This document shows, piece after piece, positions 26,505 through 45,410 of a stretch of 64,000 nucleotides of DNA. Source of the stretch: Yuukianura sp. NJ FZ-2021 (lineage: Eukaryota); the NCBI GenBank assembly GCA_046563655.1, contig CM102283.1, positions 2,914,001 to 2,978,000 of the forward strand, written 5' to 3'. The position numbers were made by a program, and so were the translations under genes. How positions within the stretch are numbered: position 1 is the stretch's first letter; each line of letters begins with the position of its first letter. The notes below the pieces were generated by a model. The model ran no database searches. It was not told the origin of the DNA and saw only the letters and a list, made by a program, of their open reading frames with translations.

Positions 26505-27599
26505 ATGGAATTACCAGGTCTTGGTAAACAGTGCAGTGACCCCACATGCAGACAGCTAGGTAACTGAACAAAAGCAAACCTTAACAAAAATTTTAGCTGG
26601 AATAGAGGAGAGAAGTTTATTCGTTTTTTGGTTTAGATTTCCTTCCCGTGAAGTGTGATGCTTGCAACAATTTATTCTGGTGAGCACAATTTACTGAGGA
26701 ATTAACCAAACAATGTTTCATCTTTGTTTGATTTTTGATGGTTTTGATTGATAGCTCTGCGCACTACAAATATGAAGACCACAACTGCCCAGCCGCCTAT
26801 CGAAAGAATGTCCAAGTGCCCGTGTGTCCCCTTTGCAACACACCGATTCCAGGGAAGAGTGATGAACTACCTGACATTCGGGTCAGTCGACACATCGACA
26901 CTGAATGTCAATCTGACCGAGCTGTGACCAGACGGAAGGCAATTAACATAACCAAACTACTTTGTTAATTCGCATTCGATTTAAATCTAAGGTCATCATT
27001 TTTGTTTTCAGAAAGTTTACAGTAACCGATGTTCTGTGAAGGGATGCAAACAGAAAGAGCTAATTCCAGTCGTCTGTGATCAATGTGGACAAAACTTTTG
27101 CCTGCGACATCGTCACGCTCAAGATCACAATTGCCTTGCCCCTGCTGGATCCAAACCACTGAGCAAATCTGCCTTGGCTGCTCTGTCCAGAACACAGAGC
27201 TCCAGTACTTTTCCGGATGCTAAACGAGGCATGCCAATTCCAGTTGTAACTGGAGTGGGTGTGCGAGCTTCACAAAGTGCAACTGCCATACAGGGAAACT
27301 TGGTAAAAAAAACAATGCACTGTGTGTCATATGACCTCACTACGATTCAAAAACGTTTCGTCTTTTTTTAGTCCGAAGATGCTGCTCTGGCCATGGCTTT
27401 ACAAGCTTCGATGAACAGTCAAGGAGGACCACATGCTGCAAGTGCAACTGAACCGTTGTCACAAGAACAGGAAGATTTTCTATTGGCTCAAGCAATCGCT
27501 GCCAGTGAAGAGGAAGCTCGCAGAGGCCAAGGGGCTGGAACGCGAGCGACCACCACCGGCGGGAACTCTCAAAGAAATTCAAATTGTCGCTTAAGTTGA
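26505..27599 (+). CDS. ZFAND2B: AN1-type zinc finger protein 2 (AIRAP-like) with UIMs and CAAX
   Basis: MELPGLGKQCSDPTCRQLDFLPVKCDAC..H..HNC, VPVCPLC, second AN1 (CDQCGQNFCLRHRH), UIMs (ALAMALQAS, EDFLLAQAIAAS) and C-terminal CRLS. Confidence 0.92.
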
Positions 27600-27952
27600 T
27601 TTCACTTTTTCTAAAAATTCAAAACTACTTAAAACTTATCAACACTCCACTTTTCACGTTAAGAGAATAGAGATTCACTCCAACGAGTACTATATGGGAA
27701 AAAGTGGAAACTTTTAAATTGTTAAATTCCACTGCCTGACTATGCCTTAAGGTTAAAACTTATTTAATTTTAAGCTCCACTGTACTAAAAAAAACAAAAT
27801 AATAACGCTGGACTACGCTCACAATTAGCGATTTTTCTTAAGTACCGGTCTAGATTTCTTTGTTGATTTCAAAATTGCAATCGATTTCGTTTTCAATTTC
27901 GATTTCCAAATGGCGATCGTGTTTGGTATGTTTCATTCCGTTAATAATTCAA

Positions 27953-29817
27953 TTACTCTCGAACATTATCCAGAATCCATTTCAAGTAGCTTCTCACGCG
28001 TGTATAAACTACCGGTTCGTTTCCTTTGCCACATTTCGTTTTACCGAACGAAACGACACCGAGTTGGAACATTCGTTGAGTTCTGGTGGGAGCTTGTTTG
28101 TCAGGTGTAGCCGGAATGTACAACGGTCCGCCGCTGTCACCTAAACACGAATCTTGACCTTTGACCCCTCCAGCACAAACCTGTTTCTCGGTGACATTAA
28201 GTGTTCTGTAGGATATTCGACACAGGATATGCGGTTGGACTGGAACACGAACAAACTGCAGTGTCGAACTTCCGATTACTTCGACTGATATCCAAAAAAA
28301 AATCGATTAACCTCCAAAAAAATCATAATTTAAATAAATTACTTCTCTTCATTATGTTAATTGACAATGTTAATTAGCTAATTAATCTTACCATTGTTAG
28401 TTTTACCCCATCCAGCTACCATGGAGTCCTCTTTTCTCAGGATCTTGGATTCTCCCAAGCTATCCTTTACGTAGTACTCGTTCAAAAACGGCAAGCAAAT
28501 GGGACTTGCAAAAGCTGAAAAACATTGAAAAATTGAAATTTTTCTTAAACATTTGGTGCTACAACGTCCATGTGAACAGTGATCTTGAATTCGGTGACCT
28601 TGGATTTACTAAACTTACGTGTGGTGATGTTAACCTCACGACTAAGCCGAATGAGGGCAATGTCATGACCAGATCCAACTTGTTTGGTGTAACCAGGATG
28701 CAGTATCACTTTGTCATAGCCAACACGAATGGGTGTCCCACATGACACGTCCATCAACTTCCCATTGCTCCCTGTCACTTGAATGCACTCTTGCTTCTTA
28801 CGCTCATCAGTTTGTCCTAGGACGATCTCTGCCCTAAAAAATTAATCAGTGAATTACTTAAACTTTCCTAAACTTAAAACTTAAACCTAAGTTACTACAC
28901 AAAAGTTTCGATGACTTACAACTGATGAGCGGAGCTTTTGAAACAGTGGGCAGCGGTCAGCACATAACGTCGGCTATAAGAAAAATCAAAAAAAAAGTTT
29001 AGTTTCTCGGTCACATTTTTTTGCGGACGGTGAAATCTGAAATGTTGACATTTACTTGATAAGGGAACCTCCACAGATGTATTGAACTGGCGTACCGTCG
29101 TCCATAATAGCTGGAAACAAAATGTCAAAGGTAAATTCTTGATGTCAATCAGTTTCAATTGTTAATTGATCAAGTTCATTAAGCTGAGTCGATTACTTAC
29201 GTTTGACTCCTATGCGAACCATGAACGGGAGTGCTCCCGGGAGAGAAACGTTTCCACCGAGGATTCTGTCGGAAGTGAACGACCGGCCGCAGTCTTTGAG
29301 CGGAAACAGCCGGAAGTTGGGATGAGCAGAGTAGTTCGGTTCTGGGTCAAAGGTTAAGTTTTCATTGAACTCTTCCAGTGGACAACAAACCTAAAACAGA
29401 AAAGACAAACCATAAGTTGCCACCAACTTCAACTAACATCAACAATTAACAAAATTTAGTCTAGTGAAGTAAATCTTTTAACATTGGGACTTACCCTGGT
29501 GTTATCCTCGCTGCAAATACTTTGGCGAAGTTTAGCAAAGTCGCGTTTCTTCAGCAGTCCATGCAGTTTCGGACAGAATTTGAGTTGCGTAGTGATGTCA
29601 ACACAGGCTCCATGTTGGCCGCCTGGAGTAGTACAAAGAGCCTCCCTCTGTCTGTCACCTGAGAAAGAAACTAAACAAAACGTTTATAATTCGTTTTCAA
29701 AAAACCAAGCTATATTTAGAAATTAATTTTTAAAACTGCTTTTGAGTTACCTTGCCCTTCGACTGCAACGTTGTTTAAAATCACAGGCAAAACGAGTATT
29801 GCTAATACTGAAGACAT
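27953..29817 (-). CDS. CLIP-domain trypsin-like serine protease
   Basis: Signal peptide, CLIP cysteines (CTTP..CV..CP..IC..VCCP), activation site R|ILGG, intact triad LTAAHC / HDIAL / QDSCLGDSGGPL, and C-terminal GVYTRV-type motif. Confidence 0.92.
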
Positions 29818-30459
29818 TCTTAGCAAACTGAACTAACTGCCCGACTTACAGTAAAAACTAACACAGCACAGTAATACAACACGAATACTTTAAGACAAAA
29901 TGAAGAGCACAAGAAGTCAATTGTTGTAAAAGTTTCTAAAATTGTGTAGTTTTAGCAGTTTCTAGCCCTGTTAAAACTGTACCAAAAATGATAACCCAGT
30001 GAGATAACGCAAGCGATGATCTTTGATTTATAAGAGCTTTTATAACTGTCTGTACCTTAGTAGGACAAGATGGCCGTTTTTTGTTACATTTTTTTTTGTA
30101 ATTTGGAGTTAAAGAACACCAAAACCTGTTTTTAGCCTGTAGTGACTCAATCTGTAGCGTAGTAAGTAGACAGAGGATAAAGGAATTAGTCTTTCCTGGA
30201 ATACCTTTGACTTTGCATGTTTTACCATTAAGGATGGACAGTCAAATCGTAAATTTTTGCTAAGGCGTTACCTTCCAATCGTACCCTTTCAACTCTTGAG
30301 GTAAATGACGACAAAAGTGTCAGTTTTACGAAAAATCTCTGAAAATCGAAACAGATAGTGAATTTTTATTTGGAAACTTACGTTAAAAAGATTTCCAAGT
30401 AAGATGAGTCAAGTGAAGATTCGGACGTACTTTTTAGTGCATCTGAAATTATGTTAAAA

Positions 30460-30640
30460 CAAGAATCTTGGCTGGCCAAAGGCCAGCCAAAGATTCTTGA
30501 CTGTTGCGTACGTACCAGTTCGACGGATTAATTTAAAAAAAAAAACGATCTCCCAGTCGTTAAATTAAACAAAAGATCCACCAACCAAAATTGGGTACAA
30601 TTAGTTAGTATTTACTTTACTTCAACCCGTGTGTTTTATA
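30460..30640 (-). mobile_element. Dispersed non-autonomous element end with terminal palindrome + CTTGT (Helitron-like); second copy at 42232-42410
   Basis: The caagaatcttggctggcc-aaa-ggccagccaaagattcttg hairpin and ~140 nt of adjacent sequence match 42232-42410 in inverted orientation. Confidence 0.65.
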
Positions 30641-31158
30641 AAAGGAGTATTGTCATGCGCGCAGAGAGTGGATAAAAATCTGAGGAATCCGAGTTATTTT
30701 TCAAAAATAACCTATCATTCAGAGTATGTTTACGTTAGTACCAAAAAGAAACCCACAAACTACGTTGACTCAGCTGTTTCAAAATGAAAATTTCTGAATT
30801 TGTGAAGCGAGAGATGAGTGGCGGGTTCTCGCTTCTCAATAACCAAAGGACTATGCGCATGTGTGGAGCAGAGTCCTTTGAATTAGAATGGAACATGGGC
30901 TTCTCTTTCCTAATGCCAGTTGCATTGGGAGCAGTATTCGGCACTTCTCCGATTCTCGCTCGGAGGAAGAGCAGAGGGTAAAGCCAAAAGATAGGAGAGT
31001 GAGTGCATGGATGTGGAGCAAAAGTGCTGAACTTTAGTGAGGACACACAGAAAGCAGTCCCCTTATGTAGATGATTATGTCACGTTACGAATCAGGTGAG
31101 GATAGTTCATCATGTTGACGATGCTGATACTGGGCAGTATCTTGATGACTCATTGTCG

Positions 31159-32366
31159 TCAGCAAATATGATTATGTGTTCGGCAGTGTTTGACGAGACT
31201 TTCCTTCCTCTTGTATTTCTTGTTACAAGTGATACACTCATGGTCGGCAGCCTCCTTAGAATGGCTGGTTAAATGTCGATTGAGGTGTGGCTGTTGACTA
31301 AACCTTTTAGGACAAAAGGAACAACTGAAGGGCTTCTCCTTCGTGTGAGTCAGAAGATGTCGACGGAGGAACACTGGAAATGGAAAGCCTTCACCACAAA
31401 TGTCACATTCGTGGTCCTTTGGACCGTGGAACCGTTGGTGTTGCTTGAGAATAGTCTTGGTCCGGAACTGTTTAGAACAAACGTCACACTGGAAAGGCAG
31501 TTCAGGAGCATGGTGATCCTTCATGTGCTGCTTGTAGTCGGCCAGTGTTTTAAAAATCACGTCGCACGGGACACATTCGGGTAACTTGGCTCCAGCATCC
31601 GGATATTCCCCGGCTTTGAAACAACTTACTTTACTCGGACTCGGTTTCAGTTCCACTTCGCAAAGTTCAGTCTGAAGAATGTCAACATCGTCTACAAATA
31701 CACAAAAACATTTCGTTAAACTGAAATGGACTTCATGAAAATGCAAACGTTTCATGACGTTACCAATTATGTCAGGTTCCTCTTCCAATTCGGCTAAAAC
31801 CATAGGCTCCGCCTCTTCAACGTCGCCTGACTCGGGCTTATAAAAATGATCCAGTACGGGGGCGACAAAGTCAACGTGTTCGCAGTCTTGTTGCTCTTTA
31901 CATAATTCGCTAACAACTTCGATTACTCTCTCCTTCCGTTTCGCCTTGACTAAATCTGAAAGTCAAAAGTTGTTCAATTAATATAAACCTAAGTTCTAAT
32001 GTTATCTGTAATGATAGTCTTCGCACAGTTATACCTCTGGCCCGATATTTTCGTTTTATCGACGTGTTAATTTGTTGAATAAGGTTCATGTAAAATGGAA
32101 GTTCATGGTCATCTATTAGAAGTTTTCCATTGTCGTCTTCTTGGCCATGAACATAATGTCCACTTTCTGGATCCACATCTTGAAAAACTATTCCGTCTTC
32201 GGTGCCATCGTATTCTTCAATGTCAAAATCGATATCTGAAGTGAACAAATAGTCTTAGCATAAGCCAATCCATCCAATTCAGCATTCAATTAACAATTAA
32301 TAACAAATTTAGACAAAGTTGATCCTAAGGGCTTACCGTACCGTATTTCAACTCCTCCGCCTCCAT
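31159..32366 (-). CDS. C2H2 zinc-finger protein (5 C-terminal fingers, acidic N-terminus)
   Basis: CxxC-x12-HxxxH fingers with an HTKEKPF linker in 31159-31690. Upstream exons run to the ATG at 32366 (MEAEELKYG). Confidence 0.85.
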
Positions 32367-32498
32367 CAGCTGACAACTGCTAATTAATTGACAATGACAG
32401 GAATTTAGTTTAAAAGTAATTAAATACAATGTAAGTTTAAAAACACCCTACTAAAACTAAAACCCATGCTCAACACAAGGTAAATAGAATATGTACTA

Positions 32499-33883
32499 CC
32501 GTGGGGTCAATTGCTAACAAGAAAAACTTTTTTTCCCACCCTTTTCGTCTCATCCCAACTTCTGGGTTTCGCAAGCGGCAGCTACGCTCCGCAAGACATC
32601 TGGCACTTTTGGAACTCTGTTGACAATTTAGAGTTTTTCTAACCAAACCTAAAGTAAATTCACTTCAAACGAATGTAATAATTAACATAACCTAATTAAT
32701 TAATGTTTTAATTAACATAAACAAGTTAACTGGCCTAATTATTTTCTTTAAAATAATTTAAGTATAAAATATTATGAATTGACCTAAAATTTGAACAAAT
32801 TAACCTAACATAACGCTAACCTAATAAAATATTAACGTGTAGTTACCCAATCACCAAAACAACATTTTGGAAAAAAAAAATTTTTTTTCTTACAAACTTC
32901 ATAGAATTTCACATGCTATGGGTAAAACGCAAAAAAGAGTTACCTGTTACTCTTTTTTGGAGGTTTTTCTGTTCCGCCAGAGGTCCGCACTAATGAACTA
33001 CACCTGGCGTTTTAATCCAGAAACGGAAAGGAGTAACTCGTAACTCTTTTGGAGGAGTAACTCGTAACTCTTTCGAGGGGTAACATTTAACTTCTTTGCA
33101 GATTTCTGAGGCCGTTAACGCTGCTAACTGAAGCTTGGGCTAAACCCTACGAAGTCATGTTTTAAAAATTAGTATAAGGATAGGTAATTTCATAAGTATT
33201 AATTTTTTACTCCAAATCTCCAAATTTTTTAATGAACAAAGTTTTAGAGTCGAAGGCACCTCATATTTACACAAAACCCTGAAATTTAGTAAGTTGTCCA
33301 AAAATGGAGAAAGTGCACAGGTGCGAAAAGTTAAAAAAAAAGTACACAAAAAAGGGTGGAGGGGCTGGATTATAGGGGAAGGAGCGGGGCGACCCGGCGA
33401 GGGAATTCCGCGGAGCGGAATTCCCGAGCTAAGGGCGGGTGGGCGGGACCCTTTTTCCCCCATAGCATGTGAAATTCTATGAAGTTTGTAAGAAAAAAAA
33501 TTTTTTTTTTCCAAAATGTTGTTTTGGTGATTGGGTAACTACACGTTAATATTTTATTAGGTTAGCGTTATGTTAGGTTAATTTGTTCAAATTTTAGGTC
33601 AATTCATAATATTTTATACTTAAATTATTTTAAAGAAAATAATTAGGCCAGTTAACTTGTTTATGTTAATTAAAACATTAATTAATTAGGTTATGTTAAT
33701 TATTACATTCGTTTGAAGTGAATTTACTTTAGGTTTGGTTAGAAAAACTCTAAATTGTCAACAGAGTTCCAAAAGTGCCAGATGTCTTGCGGAGCGTAGC
33801 TGCCGCATGCCAAACCCAGAAGTTGGGGGTGAGACGAAAAGGGTGGGAAAAAAAGTTTTTCTTGTTAGCAATTGACCCCACGG
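32499..33883. mobile_element. Non-autonomous DNA transposon with ~425-bp TIRs and TA target duplication (Tc1/mariner-pogo-like)
   Basis: TA|CCGTGGGGTCAATTGCTAAC...GTTAGCAATTGACCCCACGG|TA. Arms 32499-~32924 and ~33456-33883 are near-identical. No transposase. Confidence 0.9.
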
Positions 33884-34246
33884 TATATATGTGCTCAACA
33901 CATGTTTACAGCAACTCAGCAAATTATGAAATTCCCGCGCTTTTTAGGCAAAGCATTTTCCTTCCTTATAGACACGATTTTAAGTTGAATCTTGGTATGC
34001 TCCGCTCCGCGTGCATGCTGGGGCTTCGCCCTACACACCTTCAACATTCAATCGTTCTGCTAATGTTCCTAACGGAAAGTTGTCAACGTTGCCACTAATG
34101 CAATGGTGGGATTATGTTTTTGCAGGTTTCATTTGGCGTTCATGGAAAATTTAAAAACCGAAGAACTTAAAGTTTAGGTACACGAATTTTATTTAATTCG
34201 TCGGAAGTTGATACTTAAATAATTCTCGAACTTTTTTCAAAATTTT

Positions 34247-38094
<3,848 letters not shown>

Positions 38095-39216
38095 CGCTTC
38101 GGATTATCTCAACTTGCATTGAACTCATTTCTTCAAGTATTGTATTTTATACGAAGTAGATCAACACGTTTAACAATCAATTCCTAACGTTAATCCCGAT
38201 TAATCTAATCAATTGACTTTTTAGTTCAACACTTGATCAAGAGCAGCTCTAGCACATTTTCTAACCACCAGCTCTACACCCAGCAATAGAATGATCAGAA
38301 CAGGATGATAGAACGCTACCAGTTCCATCCGCAGTTGAAAAAATATCTGTCATATACTAATGAAAAGTTACCGGTACGATGTATACTTCCGGTATTAAAT
38401 AGTTACTCATCGATTTGTTTACTGTCAAATTTTAGGCTCTAATTTTAAGTCACGGTTTTCGCCTGTAATTCACTAAAGAGGGTAATTTCCTCAGTCATCA
38501 TTATACATGAAAAAAATATTTTCTTAAAACAGGCGAAATATTTAAATATTATTTTTTAATCAAAAACCTCAGAATATTTACCTATTATTAAGGGCATTGA
38601 AAAATCAGTAAATATTTAGTAATAAAAAGTACAAAATATTGATTTGGTTCGATTTGGCTAACATTAGGGGTATGGAAGCTAAATATTTTTTCCATGTATA
38701 GTCATCATGAAAAGTTGAAATTTTCCAAAATATTGTTGTTTTTGTCAAAAGTCATCCCAATAATTTAGGACAATGGGTTGGGCGAAGCCCCAGTAAGCAT
38801 GTGTAGCATACTTGCCTCTGTCACTTGCTCAGTTTTAGTCTGGATGAAAACTAATCAGTTTGCCTTTGATGAACATTAGGTTTTACCCGTGTTGCATGCC
38901 ACACTGTAATCATGTCAATAAATCGTGCCCATTTTCTGTATCTAGTAATTAGGTTAAGTCATTACTTCAAGTGCATTGTTGGCTTTTCCCCGGGGATTTA
39001 GTCATGATCCCCGGGGGAATATTGGGGTTATCATTACATTCTAGAGGGATTTGCGTGTTTTACTTGGATTTTAGGAATAAACAAACTGCGCAGAATTTTA
39101 ACTGTGACTATAATCTAATCGTTGCACTTCAGAATGCTACACAAACTAATTTATCCTACTAAAAAAACAGATTTAATTGTGCCTGTGAAACCATTAATAA
39201 GACCACGAAACATTAA

Positions 39217-41935
<2,719 letters not shown>

Positions 41936-42231
41936 TTGACCTTAATCGCTGGAAGCTTGCTCGAACGTCACAAAAACGTTTCTTGATTCAAGTGGCATGT
42001 CAGTGTCACTTTGTTGACTTAAAAACAAATTACGAAATTGACAAACAAAAGCAATCAATGTTATCTTTAAAGCGTAAAATAACAATCCATGAGTAATCCA
42101 CTCAAATCTAATCTATATTACAGTAATTTCTGTCCGGCCTCATGTGAGTGAAGTGAGCGTAACTCTGGCTTTGAATTCAAGGTTATCCACCACAGGAGTT
42201 AACTCTCACTGCACATCAATTGAATTTTGAC

Positions 42232-42410
42232 AACACAAGGTTGAAGTAAACCATGTGTACCGGCTAATTGTACCCAGTTTTGGTCGGTCGATCTTTTTGT
42301 TAATTTGACGATTGGGATATCGTTTTTTCTTTAAAATTAATCCGTCAAACTGCAACAGTACGCAACAGTCAAGAATCTTTCGCTAGCCAAAGGCCAGCCA
42401 AGATTCTTGT
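42232..42410 (+). mobile_element. Second copy of the hairpin-terminated (Helitron-like) element end
   Basis: Matches the reverse complement of 30460-30640 and ends ..gccaagattcttgt. Confidence 0.65.
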
Positions 42411-42509
42411 AAAATCATAAAGAAAAATAATTTGAATCATTTATACAATATAACAACAACAATAGATGAATATTGAGATATATAATTATAAAATGCTCCG
42501 TCTGGTCCA

Positions 42510-42869
42510 CTCTCTCTGTCTTCTCTCGGATCAACGTTGTTGTTCGGTGGTCGCCCGACGGACTTCCAGATGAAAGTTGATTCCGCAGAATCTGAAGAGT
42601 ACTACACAGGCTGCCTAGGCGACATCAGTGTCAGCGGAAAACAAATTGATTTCAGTGCTTCGGAAGGTTCCGGATCCTCCGTTACCCGGAATAGTCAATC
42701 CGAAAAAGAAGAAGTTCCGCCCGAAAACTCTTCCTATGCAATCGGGCGAGACGACGATCTAGACGAAAAATCCACCAAGAGTCCTGCGCCAGCAGAACAC
42801 CAAGAAACAACTACGTATATTCCTGCTCTGCCAATCACTCCGAAACCGACTACAAAAAACCGATTTTAA
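42510..42869 (+). pseudogene. Isolated laminin-G-like domain fragment
   Basis: LLFGGRP..YYTGCLGDISVSGKQIDF resembles the C-terminal strands of LamG domains. No neighbouring exons of a laminin gene were seen. Confidence 0.5.
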
Positions 42870-43139
42870 CAAAACGAAATACAATTTTAAGCGATGTTTT
42901 GTATCGTGGAATGAATGGAAACGGTTTCTCATCTATGTGTTCCATGGTTTTACGACCAGCCGATCTAAGTCGTATCAATTGTCAACTGCCTCCAGAAGAC
43001 CTATGCTCAACCCTTGAGCATTGCCCTACCTTGTTTTTGAAATGTTTCAACAGGGAACCACTTCAACGGTGTCGTTCGAAGCCCACGTTTATGAAATGGA
43101 CCTATAACAAGCTTCGGATTTTTCCTTGGAGTTGAACTC

Positions 43140-43540
43140 TCAGTTGTCACAAATGTCGGTGGGGAATTCCGTATGTAGCGTCTCAGCCAATGTCTCATTT
43201 TCTGGTGTTGTCCGTCTTCCTTCCGTCTTGACATGCCGTTCAACTCAGCGCTGCTGTTTCATATGTGGCGACCGAAAAGGGCGGAGGAGGGTGCCAGTGA
43301 NNNNNNNNNNNNNNNNNNNNNNNNNNNNNNNNNNNNNNNNNNNNNNNNNNNNNNNNNNNNNNNNNNNNNNNNNNNNNNNNNNNNNNNNNNNNNNNNNNNN
43401 GGGTGCCAGTGACTGCCATTCAAGACGCTTGGAAGAAGAACAGAATTGTAATCCCTGCGACTAATAGATGTTGTGGTGAGCATCTACAGAACTCCAGACT
43501 GAACGAAGAATTTAAATTTCTGTTTAGAAATAAATTATAA
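43140..43540 (+). mobile_element. Truncated transposase N-terminal fragment (ISL2EU/Harbinger-like), interrupted by the assembly gap
   Basis: Collapsing the gap on the 12-nt overlap gives RCCFICGDRKGRRRVPVTAIQDAWKKNRIVIPATNRCCGEHL, a CxxC..IP..RCC..HL pattern. No DDE domain follows. Confidence 0.45.
43301..43400. other. Assembly gap (100 N)
   Basis: Run of N. Confidence 1.
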
Positions 43541-45410
43541 ATAGTTCATTCGAACGCTTAGGTTTTGCAGTGGGTTTTTTATTACTAAATATTTATTGAT
43601 TTGTCCATGCCCTTAATGTTAATTAAGTAAAAGTTTTGAGGTATTTGGTTAGAAATATTTAATATTAAGTATTTCGCTTGTTTTAAGGTAATATTTTTTC
43701 CGTGTCTAATATTCAAGGCGGTTTTGGTATGAACAACTGCTGCTCAAGATGTCAAAAATGCTTTCAACCTTATCAGAAGAGCCAAATGCTACAATCTTTG
43801 AAGGTAACAATCTGAGTGATTAAGGTTTAAAAAACGACAATGTTAAAAGAATGTGTGTACAGTATTTCAAAAATCACATTTTTTACGCCGATTTAATTTA
43901 AATCATTGCCATAGGAAGGCACGGTGAATTAAGTTTTGCTAATTTTTTAACAAAATTGAAAAAGTTATAGTTACTGCCTAACCTGTTGCAGAAAAAACTA
44001 TTTTGTTGTTGACGAACCTTGTTGGGAATCGCTCACTTTCTATTGTGTCCCATTAACGTTGAATTATTTTTAAATGCCCTAAACAATGAATATTCTTAGT
44101 TCCGAAGTATAACCTTCCAGTTACGTATTCAAATGCGTCAGTAAATAAATCGAACGAGAACAATAACGGCAATTTTCCATCATCAAAACGCCAAGACTTT
44201 AAACAATGGAAAAACCTTGATTTCGATTTTTAGAAATTACGCCGAAAACTTAATAATCCACTCAACGGAACCTTGGATAAGATTCACTTATCTGAATATG
44301 GCTGTAAAGTTGAATTTGAATTGTGTCAATTCTTATTTTAATTATCGCCTTCCCGAAAAATTTTTTAAGTCCTTGATAATTTAGCCTTTTGTTGAATTCC
44401 GTTTCCTTATTGTCGCATTGTCTGAACGGGGCTTTATTAACGCACTCGAATTTGTCGCTTAGCATAGTATTATTCTTTCACCGGAAGCTAAGACACTCGA
44501 CGAAATTTAAGCGGAAAAGGTACGCTTAACCTTTTTATCTTTTAATTTTAATTTTAAGCGAATAGTTTTAAGGAAATAAGACTTAGGGTTAAGTTAATGA
44601 GTAATTTACTTTTTATTTTATTTTTAAACGTTAAAAAACACAATTTTGATTGGGTTAATGAAAGATTAAAGACTGAAATTCAATTGACAAGATGTAAAGC
44701 CACTAGCGTGGGTATCTTGTCACTAACAATTATGAAAGAAAAATGACAAGAATAAATTGGAAATTTAAAAAAAAATCTTACATTAATGTGAAGAAAGGTA
44801 TCTTACGATTTGTGTTATCTTACGATTTGTGTTTTATAGTCTAGGATCGGATAAGTACGCTCCAAAAAAGCGTTTTAAGCACTTAAAAAGTCCGTAAAAA
44901 TTGGTCCAAAAAAGTTTAAAAAACATGTACGAAAAGTCCCAAAAATTAAAAAATACGGTTAATTTATTGCCACCATAATTAATGTGACAAGTCGAAAATG
45001 CAAAACATTCAAAGTTTCCAATGGTAAAACACTGTCGACGGTCACTTGATATTTCTTTTAATATATTCTTTTCTATTTTTTTCTTCTGAAGCTGTACTGG
45101 TGAGACGTGTGTTTTCCAGTGATTTTTTTTCCACCCGAATTTCAACAAATTGTGTAATTTTTTGAAAACTTTTGCCATTTTTCATGAAAAAATTTACATA
45201 TGTAAGGAAAAAAAGTCCTAAAAACGTTTTATGGTCGAAAAGGTTTTTAAAACTTTTTTAACTTTTTAAAAGTCCGCAAAGTGCTAAAAGTGCTCAAAAA
45301 AAGTTTTTGCGTACTTATCCGATCTCTGTTTATAGTACTTTCTACAACAACAAAATTCCCAGCAAAACTATAATTTACTTGAATAATTGTTAGGTTTGTC
45401 TCTTTTAGAA

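Noticed and set aside
28143-28182. Apparent mini-intron containing GGTCAAAGGTCA in the protease
   Set aside because: It is coding sequence (QVCAGGVKGQDSCLG), so it was not counted as an intronic motif
30735-31140. Possible extra zinc-finger exons downstream of the ZF stop codon
   Set aside because: Only scattered Cys/His in broken frames; cannot support a CDS
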